The position numbers and the translations under genes were made by a program. A stretch of DNA of 64,000 nt, taken from contig JAJDUB010000076.1 in the NCBI GenBank assembly GCA_022826885.1, positions 13,431 to 77,430 on the forward strand, in the 5' to 3' direction. The stretch comes from Gammaproteobacteria bacterium (GTDB lineage: Bacteria > Pseudomonadota > Gammaproteobacteria > Eutrophobiales > Eutrophobiaceae). The notes under the pieces are model-generated. The model had not been told where the DNA came from. It worked only from the letters and a program-made list of their open reading frames with translations, and did no database searches. How positions within the stretch are numbered: the first letter of the stretch is position 1; every line of letters starts with the position of its first letter. This document shows, piece after piece, positions 32,894-42,514 of the stretch.

Positions 32894-33030
32894 TTTTCCC
32901 CGCCCACGTTTCTGTCTTCGTCTTCGTCCGGCTGTTCGCTGATGCGGATCGTCATACGGGAAACGATCACGGCATTTACGATGATGACAATGATAATTCC
33001 CCAGTAGGGGAAGGCGGTCAGGAAGTCCAT
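32890..33030 (-). CDS. small membrane protein, putative solute:sodium symporter small subunit (DUF4212-like)
   Basis: 46 aa: MDFLTAFPYWGIIIVIIVNAVIVSRMTIRISEQPDEDEDRNVGGEK. It has one TM helix. It is below the 60-aa track cutoff and was found by manual translation. Its stop overlaps the symporter GTG start. Confidence 0.5.
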   Translation of the reverse strand: MDFLTAFPYWGIIIVIIVNAVIVSRMTIRISEQPDEDEDRNVGGEK

Positions 33031-33064
33031 GGCTTGCCCGATACCATGATTAACATTCGGAAAA

Positions 33065-33538
33065 TCAAGTCAATAAACCAAGCGGCAGTTCATTGGTACA
33101 CTTGATTTCGGAAACCACCATCTTCGAGTTAACTTCGCGCACGGCCGGCAACGACAATAAGTGACGCAGAAAGCGTTCATAGGCATGGATGTCCGTTGCC
33201 ACCACTTTTAACAAAAAATCCATCTCCCCGAGCACTGTGTAACATTCAAGCACTTCCGGGAGTTTCTCGACGGCTTTTTGAAAATTCGGCAAGGCTTCAT
33301 GGCCGTGCGCCTCGAGTTTGACTTCCGCAAACACGATCACGTCCAGACCCAGTTGGTTATGGTCCAGTATCGCTACCCGCTTTTTCAATACCCCCGCATC
33401 CATCAGGCGCTTGAGACGGCGCCAGCAGGGTGACGTGGACAGGCCGATTTTTGTCGCCAGTTCACTGACAGTCAGGCCGGCATCCTGTTGCAGGATAGTC
33501 AAAATTTTCCTGTCAAAGTTATCAATCTTGAAGGTCAT
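33065..33538 (-). CDS. bkdR: Lrp/AsnC-family transcriptional regulator (BkdR-like)
   Basis: Start at MTFKIDNFDRKILTILQQDAGLTVSELATKIGLSTSPCWRRLKRL, an HTH. A C-terminal RAM domain follows. It is divergent from bkdA1, as in the Pseudomonas bkd locus. Confidence 0.8.
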   Translation of the reverse strand: MTFKIDNFDRKILTILQQDAGLTVSELATKIGLSTSPCWRRLKRLMDAGVLKKRVAILDHNQLGLDVIVFAEVKLEAHGHEALPNFQKAVEKLPEVLECYTVLGEMDFLLKVVATDIHAYERFLRHLLSLPAVREVNSKMVVSEIKCTNELPLGLLT

Positions 33539-33652
33539 ATTTACCCCTATCATGGTTATTTTTAGTAACTTTTTGCTAATTATCCTGTGAATTAGTGAAA
33601 ATAGCAAAAAAAATCCCTTCAACCACGCTTATAATTTGTTTGCCTACTTCCA
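33539..33652. promoter_or_regulatory. divergent bkdR / bkdA1 promoter-operator region
   Basis: AT-rich spacer with imperfect palindromes (tttttgctaattatcctgtgaattagtgaaaatagcaaaaaa) that would fit Lrp-type binding sites. Confidence 0.4.
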
Positions 33653-34900
33653 TTGATCGACATGGCTAGCAGACTACATATCCCGACAGCGCCCTACCGT
33701 CCAGGTGAGCAACCTGATTTCAGCACGATAAAATTGCCCAAAGCCGGTGAACTGGCGCGTCCTGATGAACTGGTAGCGGCCAATGAATGCAGTGAACTGC
33801 CTTTCAACTTGCTGCGCGTGCTGGATGACAACCACCAGGCAACCGGTCCCTGGGACCCGCAACTGCCGGCCGCCGTGTTGCTGGACGGGTTGCGTTATAT
33901 GTTGCTGACGCGCCTTTATGACGAGCGCATGCTCAGGATGCAGCGCCAGGGCAAAATGTCTTTCTACCTGAAATGCACCGGCGAAGAAGCCGTGTCGGTG
34001 GCCCAGTGCATGGCGGTGAACGACGGCGACATGCTGTTCCCCACTTACCGGCAACAGGGCTTGCTGATCACCCGGGGCTATCCGTTGCTGGATATGATGT
34101 GTCAATGTCTCTCCAATGCCGGCGACAAGCTGCAGGGACGTCAGCTTCCTGTCATGTACAGTTCAGATGTGCATAAGTTTTTCAGTATTTCCGGCAACCT
34201 GGGCACCCAGTTTTCCCAGGCCGTCGGCTGGGCCATGGCGGCTGAATACAGGAAAACCAATGATATTGCGGTAGCCTGGGTCGGTGAAGGCACCAGCGCC
34301 GAGGCGGATTTTCACTATGCCCTGACCTTCAGTTCCGTGTACCGCGCACCGGTTATCCTGAACGTCGTGAACAACCAATGGGCCATTTCCACGCATCAAA
34401 ATGTGGCGGGAGGCGATCAGAACCCGTTTGCCGCTCGAGGCATCGGTTACGGCATCCCCGGCCTGCGCGTGGACGGGAATGATTTTCTCGCTACCTATGC
34501 AGCTACTCGCTGGGCGGCGCAGCGCGCACGTACAGGGGGCGGCCCTACGCTGATAGAGCTGTATACCTATCGCGCCGCGCCCCATTCCACCAGCGATGAT
34601 CCGGCAAAATACCGTCCGACTGATGAATGGGAACACTGGCCCCTTGGCGATCCCGTCGAGCGTTTGAAACAACATTTAGTTGCCCTGGACGAGTGGTCCG
34701 AGACGGACCACGAACGGATGCGGGAGGAATTGGAGGATACAGTGAGTACGATCTGGAAAGAGGCCGTATCACTGGGGACATTAAATGAAGGCCCGCACCC
34801 GCCCGATGCCGCCATGTTCGAACACGTCTACAAGGAGATGCCGTCCCACCTCGTGGAACAACGCCGCCAACTGGAGGGGCGAGATGAACGCAGTAATTAA
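33653..34900 (+). CDS. bkdA1: branched-chain 2-oxoacid dehydrogenase E1 alpha subunit (TPP-dependent)
   Basis: 415 aa. It contains the VGEGTSAEADFHYAL...NNQWAIST TPP-binding motif. Confidence 0.85.
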   Translation: MIDMASRLHIPTAPYRPGEQPDFSTIKLPKAGELARPDELVAANECSELPFNLLRVLDDNHQATGPWDPQLPAAVLLDGLRYMLLTRLYDERMLRMQRQGKMSFYLKCTGEEAVSVAQCMAVNDGDMLFPTYRQQGLLITRGYPLLDMMCQCLSNAGDKLQGRQLPVMYSSDVHKFFSISGNLGTQFSQAVGWAMAAEYRKTNDIAVAWVGEGTSAEADFHYALTFSSVYRAPVILNVVNNQWAISTHQNVAGGDQNPFAARGIGYGIPGLRVDGNDFLATYAATRWAAQRARTGGGPTLIELYTYRAAPHSTSDDPAKYRPTDEWEHWPLGDPVERLKQHLVALDEWSETDHERMREELEDTVSTIWKEAVSLGTLNEGPHPPDAAMFEHVYKEMPSHLVEQRRQLEGRDERSN

Positions 34901-35969
34901 CCTTCAGGACGACCGCAGCGAGCGCCGCACGGCGCCGGAAGGATTACGCCCGGAAACAGGCTCCATGTCCATGATCCAGGCATTGAATTCCGCCATGGAC
35001 GTGATGCTGGAAAAAGATCCCAACGTAGTCATTTTCGGCGAAGACGTCGGCTACTTCGGCGGCGTGTTCCGCTGCACCGAGGGCCTGCAGCAGAAGCATG
35101 GCGAAGATCGCGTATTCGATACGCCCATTGCCGAGGGTGGGATCGTGGCAACGGCCATCGGCATGGGCGTGAACGGCCTGCGCCCCGTCGTGGAGATCCA
35201 GTTTGCCGATTACATCTATCCCGCCTTCGACCAGATCGCCAGCGAACTCGCCCGGTTGCGCTACCGCAGCGCCGGCCAGTTCTGGTCGCCGGTGACAATC
35301 CGCACGCCCTGCGGCGGCGGCATCCGCGGCGGGCAGACCCACTCGCAGACGCCGGAGGCCCTGTTCGCCCACGTCTGCGGCCTGAAAACGGTGATGCCGT
35401 CCAACCCTTACGATGCCAAGGGCCTGCTGATCAGCGCCATCGAGGATGATGACCCGGTTATCTTCTTCGAACCGAAAAGGCTGTACAACGGCCCGTTCGA
35501 TGGCGACCCCGACAAGCCGGCAGTGAGCTGGGACAACCACGAAAAGGGGCAGGTCCCGGTCGGCCATTACCGTGTGGCGCTGGGAAAGGCGGAAACGGTG
35601 CGGGCAGGAAACGATCTGACCATCCTCGCCTACGGCACCATGGTGCACGTGGCGCTGGCTGCAGCGGCGCGGGAGGGCATTGATGCCGAGGTTATCGACG
35701 TGCGCACCCTGGCGCCGTTGGATATTGATACCCTCTGCGAATCCGTATGCCGTACCGGGCGCTGTGTGATCGTGCACGAAGCGACGCGCCACTGCGGCTA
35801 CGGCGCGGAACTCTCGGCGCAGGTGCAGGAGCACTGCTTCTGGAACCTGGAAGCCCCCATCGAACGCGTGACGGGCTGGGACACACCCTACCCGCACGCG
35901 CAGGAATGGGCGTATTTTCCGGGCCAGGCGCGGGTGGCGAAGGCGCTGCGACGGACCCTGGACGCCTGA
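34884..35969 (+). CDS. bkdA2: branched-chain 2-oxoacid dehydrogenase E1 beta subunit
   Basis: Start at MNAVINL. SMSMIQALNSAMDVMLEKDPNVVIFGEDVGYFGGVFRCTEGLQ aligns closely with P. putida BkdA2, recalled from memory. Confidence 0.85.
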   Translation: MNAVINLQDDRSERRTAPEGLRPETGSMSMIQALNSAMDVMLEKDPNVVIFGEDVGYFGGVFRCTEGLQQKHGEDRVFDTPIAEGGIVATAIGMGVNGLRPVVEIQFADYIYPAFDQIASELARLRYRSAGQFWSPVTIRTPCGGGIRGGQTHSQTPEALFAHVCGLKTVMPSNPYDAKGLLISAIEDDDPVIFFEPKRLYNGPFDGDPDKPAVSWDNHEKGQVPVGHYRVALGKAETVRAGNDLTILAYGTMVHVALAAAAREGIDAEVIDVRTLAPLDIDTLCESVCRTGRCVIVHEATRHCGYGAELSAQVQEHCFWNLEAPIERVTGWDTPYPHAQEWAYFPGQARVAKALRRTLDA

Positions 35970-35971
35970 GC

Positions 35972-37300
35972 ATGGCTGAGTATTCGTTCAAGTTGCCGGA
36001 CCTGGGCGAAGGGACCGTCGAGTCGGAGATCGTCGTCTGGCGCGCCGGGGTCGGTGATGCCGTCGAAGCGGATCAACCTCTGGTGGACATGATGACGGAC
36101 AAGGCCACCATCGAGATCACGGCGCCTGTGAGCGGCACCCTGGTCTCCGTCGCCGGCGAACCGGGAGATGTCATCGCGGTAGGCGCGGAACTGGCGGTGT
36201 TCGCGACGGAGGGTGACACACCCCATTCGTCATTCCCGCGCACCCCTTCTTCGTCATTCCCGCGAAGGCGGGAATCCAGTGAAACAGAGAGTCGCCCGGA
36301 GGGCGACACAGTATCTGACTGGATGCCGGACCAAGTCCGGCATGACGGGGGAGGAAGCGACACAGAAGGAAGCGACGCAGAAGAAGGCGCCAGACCGCAG
36401 ACCTCTCCCGCCATCCGCCGCCTTGTCAGGGAGCGGGGCATTGACCTTGACCGGGTACACGGCACCGGACCGAACGGACGGATTACCCATGCCGATATCG
36501 AAAAGATCGAAAAAGGGACAGAATTAAATTCTGTCCCCGGTGAGTCCGATGCCCTCCCGGATCAGACCGGGAAACAGGCGGAGACTGAAACCGAAACGGA
36601 CGCGACCGGCGTGCGCGAAACCAAACTGGTGGGCCTGCGCCGCAAGATAGCCGAACAGATGACCCTGAGCGCCAGCCGCATCCCGCATTTCAGCTATGTT
36701 GAGGAGGTCGATGTCACCGAACTGGACCGGCTGCGGCAGGAAAGCCAACCCGAACTCACCTACCTGCCCTTCTTCATGCAGGCCCTGGTGAAGGTTGTGA
36801 AAGAATTTCCCCTGTGTAATGCGCACTTTGATGATGAGCGCGAGGTCATCAGGCAGTTTGAGCCGGTGCATATCGGTATCGCCGTACAGACCGCCGACGG
36901 GCTTATGGTTCCGGTCATCCGCAATGTGGAAACCCTGGACCTGTGGCAGTGCGCCCATGAGCTGCGGCAGGTCGCGGAGAGAGCGAGAAACGGGCGCGCC
37001 CGCCGGGAGGAACTCACCGGTTCCACTATTACCATTACCAGTCTGGGGGCGCTGGGCGGCATCGTTTCCACTCCCATCATCAACTACCCTGAAGTCGCCA
37101 TTATCGGCATAAACCGGACACAGAAACGCCCGGTTTTTGAAAACAACGGGGTCACTACCCGCCTGATGATGAACGTTTCATCGTCTTTCGACCACCGTGT
37201 CGTTGACGGCCATGACGCTGCCTGCGCGATCCATGCGCTGAAATCTTACCTGGAGTCCCCGGCAACAATATTCCTGCCTGCAATCCAGGGGTCAGAGTAA
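35972..37300 (+). CDS. bkdB: dihydrolipoamide branched-chain acyltransferase (E2)
   Basis: Starts MAEYSFKLPDLGEGTVESEI (lipoyl domain; lipoyl-Lys in MTDKATIEI). The E3-binding domain is PAIRRLVRERGIDLDRVHGTGPNGRITHADIE. The catalytic motif is DHRVVDG. A dispersed repeat is embedded in-frame in the linker. The stop codon lies inside a REP hairpin. Confidence 0.85.
   Translation: MAEYSFKLPDLGEGTVESEIVVWRAGVGDAVEADQPLVDMMTDKATIEITAPVSGTLVSVAGEPGDVIAVGAELAVFATEGDTPHSSFPRTPSSSFPRRRESSETESRPEGDTVSDWMPDQVRHDGGGSDTEGSDAEEGARPQTSPAIRRLVRERGIDLDRVHGTGPNGRITHADIEKIEKGTELNSVPGESDALPDQTGKQAETETETDATGVRETKLVGLRRKIAEQMTLSASRIPHFSYVEEVDVTELDRLRQESQPELTYLPFFMQALVKVVKEFPLCNAHFDDEREVIRQFEPVHIGIAVQTADGLMVPVIRNVETLDLWQCAHELRQVAERARNGRARREELTGSTITITSLGALGGIVSTPIINYPEVAIIGINRTQKRPVFENNGVTTRLMMNVSSSFDHRVVDGHDAACAIHALKSYLESPATIFLPAIQGSE
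36228..36347. repeat. composite dispersed repeat (copy c), located in-frame inside bkdB
   Basis: cgtcattcccgcgcacccc, then tcgtcattcccgcgaaggcgggaatccagtga, then gtcgcccggagggcgacac, then ctggatgccggaccaagtccggcatgac. It is translated as ...SSFPRTPSSSFPRRRESSETESRPEGDTVSDWMPDQVRHDG... Confidence 0.85.
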
Positions 37301-37354
37301 AATCACCTCGAATCCTGCCACCGACCGGGATAGTGAGGATTTTACTCTGACCCC
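37287..37354. repeat. REP-like palindromic element (copy 3), contains bkdB stop codon
   Basis: ggggtcagagtaaaatcacctcgaatcc...ggattttactctgacccc. The bkdB reading ...Q G S E * uses gggGTCAGAGTAA. It is probably also the terminator of the bkd operon. Confidence 0.8.
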
Positions 37355-37437
37355 GAATATATAGTTGCGTGCCGGTAATCAATATGGGTTAAACTGGTAG
37401 AGACGCAATAACTGGTGCTTCACGGCGGATAATAACG

Positions 37438-38229
37438 ATGATTGTCGAACAGATATGGACGGGCAACAACTGGCGTAATTTCAATTACCTCATTGCCTGC
37501 CCTGATACCGGCGAAGCGCTGGCCATCGACCCCCTGGACCACGAAAAGTGTCTGCATCATGCCCAGGACCAGGGCTGGGAAATCACCCAGGTGCTGAACA
37601 CCCACGAACACCATGACCACACGGGCGGCAATGCCGCAATGATAGACGCGACGGGCGCGGAGTTGCTCGCTCACAAAAATGCCAGGGACAGGATAGTCGG
37701 GATAGACAGGCCGTTGTCCGCGGGTGATGTCATTAAAGTCGGCAGAACCGTGGAACTGGAAGCGCTGGATACGCCGGGTCATACCATGAGCCACGTCTGC
37801 CTGTTGTCCCGGACCGATCAACCGTCCCTGTTCTGCGGGGATACCCTGTTCAACGCGGGGGCGGGTAACTGCCATAACGGCGGACACCCGAACGAGTTGT
37901 ACCTGACTTTTTCCAGCCAACTGGCGGCCCTGCCCGACGATACCCTGGTATATCCCGGCCATGACTACATCATCAACAACCTCCAGTTCACCCTGAGCAG
38001 GGAACCCGGCAATGCTGATGCCCGGTCATTAAGGGATGAGTTAATCGACCAGGACCCGGATGACGCCCTGGTCACCACCATCGGAATGGAAAAAACCGTC
38101 AACACCTTCTTCCGCCTGAAAAATCCGGAAGTCATAGAAAAACTGCGCAAGGATTTCCCCGATCTGCCTGCCGAACCCGATGAAAAAACGGTCTTCCTGA
38201 AACTGCGGGAGATAAGAAACAGCTGGTAA
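37438..38229 (+). CDS. gloB: hydroxyacylglutathione hydrolase (glyoxalase II, MBL fold)
   Basis: 263 aa. NTHEHHDHTGGN is the HxHxDH motif. The length and C-terminal region are typical of GloB. Confidence 0.8.
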   Translation: MIVEQIWTGNNWRNFNYLIACPDTGEALAIDPLDHEKCLHHAQDQGWEITQVLNTHEHHDHTGGNAAMIDATGAELLAHKNARDRIVGIDRPLSAGDVIKVGRTVELEALDTPGHTMSHVCLLSRTDQPSLFCGDTLFNAGAGNCHNGGHPNELYLTFSSQLAALPDDTLVYPGHDYIINNLQFTLSREPGNADARSLRDELIDQDPDDALVTTIGMEKTVNTFFRLKNPEVIEKLRKDFPDLPAEPDEKTVFLKLREIRNSW

Positions 38230-38230
38230 G

Positions 38231-38656
38231 GTGACGCTGTCCCCGACCTGGTTACTGCTTGCCGCCGACGGGTTGCTGATTATTCACACCCTGTTTATCG
38301 CGTTTGTGGTGTTCGGTCTGGTACTGGTTGTCGCCGGTGTGTTCAGAAACTGGCACTGGGTGAGGAATCCCTGGTTCCGTTTCATCCATCTTGGCGCAAT
38401 CGGCATCGTCGTCATACAGGCCTGGTTGAATATCATCTGCCCGCTGACGATCTGGGAAAACAACCTGAGGGAGAAAGCGGGTGAGGCAACTTATGCCGGT
38501 TCATTTATCCAGCACTGGTTGCATAAGCTGATCTTCTACCAGGCGGAAGCCTGGGTGTTTATACTGATCTATACGGCGTTCGCAGCGCTGGTGGTTCTGG
38601 CCTGGTGCCTGGCGCCGCCCTCGTCATTCCCGCGCAGGTGGGAATCCAGTGAATAA
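38231..38656 (+). CDS. DUF2784-like small membrane protein; C-terminus supplied by dispersed repeat
   Basis: 141 aa with 3-4 TM helices. The last 11 codons (SSFPRRWESSE) and the stop are encoded by the gtcattcccgcgcaggtgggaatccagtgaataa repeat. Confidence 0.55.
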   Translation: MTLSPTWLLLAADGLLIIHTLFIAFVVFGLVLVVAGVFRNWHWVRNPWFRFIHLGAIGIVVIQAWLNIICPLTIWENNLREKAGEATYAGSFIQHWLHKLIFYQAEAWVFILIYTAFAALVVLAWCLAPPSSFPRRWESSE

Positions 38657-38750
38657 AGGGTCGCCCGGAGGGCGACACAGTATTGTACTGGATGCCGGGT
38701 CAAGCCCGGCATGACAAAGAAAGAAGGCGACACAGTATTGTACTGGAGCC
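38621..38750. repeat. composite dispersed repeat (copy d)
   Basis: tcgtcattcccgcgcaggtgggaatccagtga, then gtcgcccggagggcgacacagtattgtactgga, then tgccgggtcaagcccggcatgac, plus a duplicated ggcgacacagtattgtactgg segment. Confidence 0.85.
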
Positions 38751-38771
38751 CGATATGACGCACAGGCAATA

Positions 38772-41700
38772 TCAGGCAACCTTTTTCAGCATCGCTGCCA
38801 GCTCTTCGCCCTGCTCGTCAGCAAGCGCCGCTTCGCGCAGTTCCCTGACCTTTGCCGCTGCACCGGGACGCTTGCGCAGGGCATCCAACGCATCCATGAT
38901 GCGCCTGAAGCTCGCCGTACCCCTCTCGTGGGTCTCGCCGTAACCCTTTACCAGGCGTTGGCATTCCGCGACTTCCACGGCCAGGTCGTAATCGGTAGCG
39001 GCATAGGACAGCACAGTTGCCAGCCACTTCTCCAGGGCAACGGTTTCCGTTTTATAACGCAGGGTGCCGCGGCGCGTGACCCGCAGACCGGCGAGCATGG
39101 AGAGCAGCAGGAACCCGGACAGACTTGTGGTATTTATCTTCCTGCCGCGCCCGCAGAACAGGCCGATGAAATTCCGCAATATCGGGATTTTCATGTGCAG
39201 GGCGCCCTTCCAGGCCGGCATGATGTCGCAGAGTTCCTGCACCCTGGGATGCATGAATTCCTGCCAGGTAACGACCTGGCCGGTCTCTGCCTGCACCTCT
39301 TTCCTGACCCGGGCAAAACGGCCGGAACGGGTCTTCAGGTCCGCCACCCGGATGGCGTCCTCGTAAGCCATCCCCAGGGCCAGGTAACGGGCGGTCTCAA
39401 CGGTCAGCCGGTAGTCCCGGTCGGCGGAGTCCGCCCTCAGGACCGGTTGCAGCCGGTCCAGGTACTGGTGCGCGTAGCGCACGTCCTGGTAATCCGCCAG
39501 TTTCGCCACCGCTGCGCGGATCACCTCATGAGTCTGCGGCGGGAACTCCGCCCGGACCCGGTCCAGCAGTGCCTGCGCGTGTTTATGCACCGGCTTTCCA
39601 GCCGTGCGCAGGGCCTCCGGTCGCTCCTGCTGCTCCTCCTGCCACTCCTGTGAGCGGGCATAGCCGGCGTCAAACCCTTTCAGGTTGGCCTCCACGGCCA
39701 CGCCGCCTTCCCTGATGACATCGATGAAGGTGTCCCGGGTGAAGGGCAAAGCGCCGCTGCCGGCAGCCGCGCCCAGCAGTACGGAACTGATGACGCTGCC
39801 GGTCTTGCCGGCCAGGGCATCCATGTCAAAACCGATGAAGCGTTTTGCATTCTCCGTCACGGCTTCCATGATCCTGCCGGTATTGGCGCGCCCGTCGCCC
39901 GGCGCGGATTTCTCAGCGATGGCGTAGTCCCGGTGGGTTGACACCAGCGCGGTGGTCCGGTCCGGCGTGACCAGGCCCCGCAACACGGCGCGTCCGCCCT
40001 CGATGAGTTCACCGGCGATGACCAGGTCCACGCGCCCGGGCACCGGCATCAGGGCCAGTACCGCAGGGTCGTCCCCGGCGGCATCCCGCGGGAAGAATTC
40101 CAGGTAATACACAGTCGCCCCGGTGCGCTGGGCAACGCCGGGCACGGAGGTGGACTGCGCCAGGTAGCCGGAACGCTCGGCCGCCCGGATCAGCCAGTTG
40201 CTGAGCACGCCGCCGCCCTGCCCGCCCATGGCCAGGATGGCGATTTTGATGGGTTCCGGCTGTCCCGCTGCCGGGACGGAGGAAAAGGGGACGGGCTGAA
40301 GTCCGTCCTCTGCAGGGGGTGGTTCGTCTCCGGTAGACATTTCGGCGCCCCCGGCAAGTCCGGCGCCAACGGTCCGTTTGCGCCGGCGCAGGTCCGACCA
40401 GGACTGTAACCCGCCGATGATGAATGAACGCACGGACGCCAGCGCCCGGTCGGCGATATTGGGGTTATACACGATATCGGCCTTGTAGAATGACGGGCAC
40501 AGCACCGCGGCATGGGCCACCTCGCCGCACACGCCGCAGCCGACGCAACTGTTGACGACACTCGCCACGGGGTCTTTTCTGAGCGGATCCGGGTTATCCT
40601 TGATAGTGAGCGACGGGCAGCCGGACAGCCGGATGCAGGAATGATCGCCGGTGCAAGTGTCTTCATCAATACCGAAACGTTCCCGTACGTAGCGTTTCTT
40701 TTGTTTAAGCAGGTTCCTTATCTGCGGTTTGATTCTCCGTTGGCGGTTAAGCTGGCACTCTCCCTCCGCCACGATGAGTTTGGGGCCTTTCGCCCTGGTA
40801 GTCATGGCCTCCCTCAGGGCGTGCAGGGATTCCTGGATGTTATAGGTATGGACTTTCCGGATCCATCTCACGCCGGCGCCCTTGAGCGCATCGACGATGG
40901 ACACCCGGTACTGGCGCCTTTCCGCATCGGCCTTCGATGACGGGATCCACTGGCCGCCCGTGGCCGCGGAATAGCCGTTGTCGACCACGACGATGATGCC
41001 GTCATGCTCGTTTTCCACCGCGTTGCCGATCCCGGTGGCAAGACCGTTGTGCCAGAAGCCGCCGTCGCCCATGATGCTCATGGCGCGCTTTTCATGGGGC
41101 ACCATCAGGGCCGAGGCGCTGGACGGCCCCAGTCCGTAGCCGGTGATGGTATTGCCAATATTGAACGGGGCGACCGTGGCGAAGGAATGGCAACCGATGT
41201 CCATGCTCACCTGCAGTTTGCCGAATTCCTTTTCCAGCAGCTTGACCGCGGAGAAGAACGGGCGTTCCGGGCATCCGGTGCACAGGCCGGACGGCCGTTG
41301 CGGTACCAGTTGCGCCAGTTCTTCCCGGTTCGCACCGTTGGTCTTTTCCAACGGCGGAACGGTGACGGCGTCGGGTTCCCAGCGCGCCAGGAACTCGCGC
41401 AGCCCCTCCTCCATTAACTGGCAGGTGTACTCCCCGGCCATGGTAAACACGTCCTTGCCGTGCACCCGGGCCTGCACGTCGTGGCGTCTGAGGATGGTGT
41501 TGATGTTCTGTTCCAGGTAGTCAGGCTGGCCCTCCTCCACCAACAGCACCGCCTTTTTGTCCCGGCAGAAACGCACCACCTCCGCATCCACCAGGGGATA
41601 GGCCACGTTGAGGATATACATGGGTATGGTGTTATTGCCGAACACGTCCGAACATCCCACGTGCTCCATGGCCCGGTTCAGGGTGTTGTAGAGGCCGCCG

Positions 41701-42500
41701 GGGACGATAATGCCGATCTCGTCAAAGCGGCCCTCTATCACATCGTTCAGGCCGTTCTCCTCTATGAATTTCAGCGCCGCGGGCCAGCGCCGTTCGGTTT
41801 TCTCCGCCTCGTGCCGGTAATTGAACGGGGGCAGAACGATACGCTCCACGTCACGCGCCGGGTCGTCCAGGGCGTCGGTCACGGTGAATGCCGGACGTTT
41901 GTTGTTTTTTGTATTCAACACGCCGTGGACATGACAGGCCCGCACCCGTAATTGCAGCATGACCGGAGTAGATGATGCTTCGGACAGTTCAAAGCCCTTC
42001 TCCACCATGTCCGCCATGTGGTTCAGTTCGGGCCGGGGGTCAAGCAGCCACATCTGGGATTTCATGGCGAAGGCATGGGAGCGTTCCTGCATGATGGACG
42101 CGCCTTCACCATAGTCTTCCCCGATGATGATGAGCGCGCCGCCCCTGACACCGGCGGAAGCCACGTTAGCCAGGGCATCCGAGGCCACGTTGGTGCCGAC
42201 GGTGGATTTCCAGGCCACCGCGCCGCGCAGCGGGTAATTGATCGACGCCGCCAGCATGGACGCAGCCGCCGCTTCGCTGGCTGACTGCTCGAAGTGTACG
42301 CCCAACTCTTCCAGGATCTCCCTGGAATCGGAAAAGACGTCGATTAAATGACTGATGGGTGAGCCCTGGTAGCCGCCGATATAGGAGACGCCGGATTGCA
42401 GCAGGGCCTTGGTGACCGCGAGGATGCCCTCGCCATGGAGTTCATCACCGTCCCCCAGGCGCAGCATCTGGACTTCTTTTGCGAAGGATCGTTCAGCCAT
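38772..42500 (-). CDS. indolepyruvate/2-oxoacid:ferredoxin oxidoreductase, fused IorA-IorB type
   Basis: The track ORF is 1280 aa. Start taken at M39 (MAERSF...). The N-terminal TPP/PFOR-like region (GGYQGSPIS...) is followed by a Cys cluster (CVGCGVCGEVAHAAVLCPSF) and a C-terminal IorB-like domain. The start codon is uncertain because of an upstream hairpin. Confidence 0.7.
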   Translation of the reverse strand: MAERSFAKEVQMLRLGDGDELHGEGILAVTKALLQSGVSYIGGYQGSPISHLIDVFSDSREILEELGVHFEQSASEAAAASMLAASINYPLRGAVAWKSTVGTNVASDALANVASAGVRGGALIIIGEDYGEGASIMQERSHAFAMKSQMWLLDPRPELNHMADMVEKGFELSEASSTPVMLQLRVRACHVHGVLNTKNNKRPAFTVTDALDDPARDVERIVLPPFNYRHEAEKTERRWPAALKFIEENGLNDVIEGRFDEIGIIVPGGLYNTLNRAMEHVGCSDVFGNNTIPMYILNVAYPLVDAEVVRFCRDKKAVLLVEEGQPDYLEQNINTILRRHDVQARVHGKDVFTMAGEYTCQLMEEGLREFLARWEPDAVTVPPLEKTNGANREELAQLVPQRPSGLCTGCPERPFFSAVKLLEKEFGKLQVSMDIGCHSFATVAPFNIGNTITGYGLGPSSASALMVPHEKRAMSIMGDGGFWHNGLATGIGNAVENEHDGIIVVVDNGYSAATGGQWIPSSKADAERRQYRVSIVDALKGAGVRWIRKVHTYNIQESLHALREAMTTRAKGPKLIVAEGECQLNRQRRIKPQIRNLLKQKKRYVRERFGIDEDTCTGDHSCIRLSGCPSLTIKDNPDPLRKDPVASVVNSCVGCGVCGEVAHAAVLCPSFYKADIVYNPNIADRALASVRSFIIGGLQSWSDLRRRKRTVGAGLAGGAEMSTGDEPPPAEDGLQPVPFSSVPAAGQPEPIKIAILAMGGQGGGVLSNWLIRAAERSGYLAQSTSVPGVAQRTGATVYYLEFFPRDAAGDDPAVLALMPVPGRVDLVIAGELIEGGRAVLRGLVTPDRTTALVSTHRDYAIAEKSAPGDGRANTGRIMEAVTENAKRFIGFDMDALAGKTGSVISSVLLGAAAGSGALPFTRDTFIDVIREGGVAVEANLKGFDAGYARSQEWQEEQQERPEALRTAGKPVHKHAQALLDRVRAEFPPQTHEVIRAAVAKLADYQDVRYAHQYLDRLQPVLRADSADRDYRLTVETARYLALGMAYEDAIRVADLKTRSGRFARVRKEVQAETGQVVTWQEFMHPRVQELCDIMPAWKGALHMKIPILRNFIGLFCGRGRKINTTSLSGFLLLSMLAGLRVTRRGTLRYKTETVALEKWLATVLSYAATDYDLAVEVAECQRLVKGYGETHERGTASFRRIMDALDALRKRPGAAAKVRELREAALADEQGEELAAMLKKVA

Positions 42501-42514
42501 TGGAGACACTGGGG

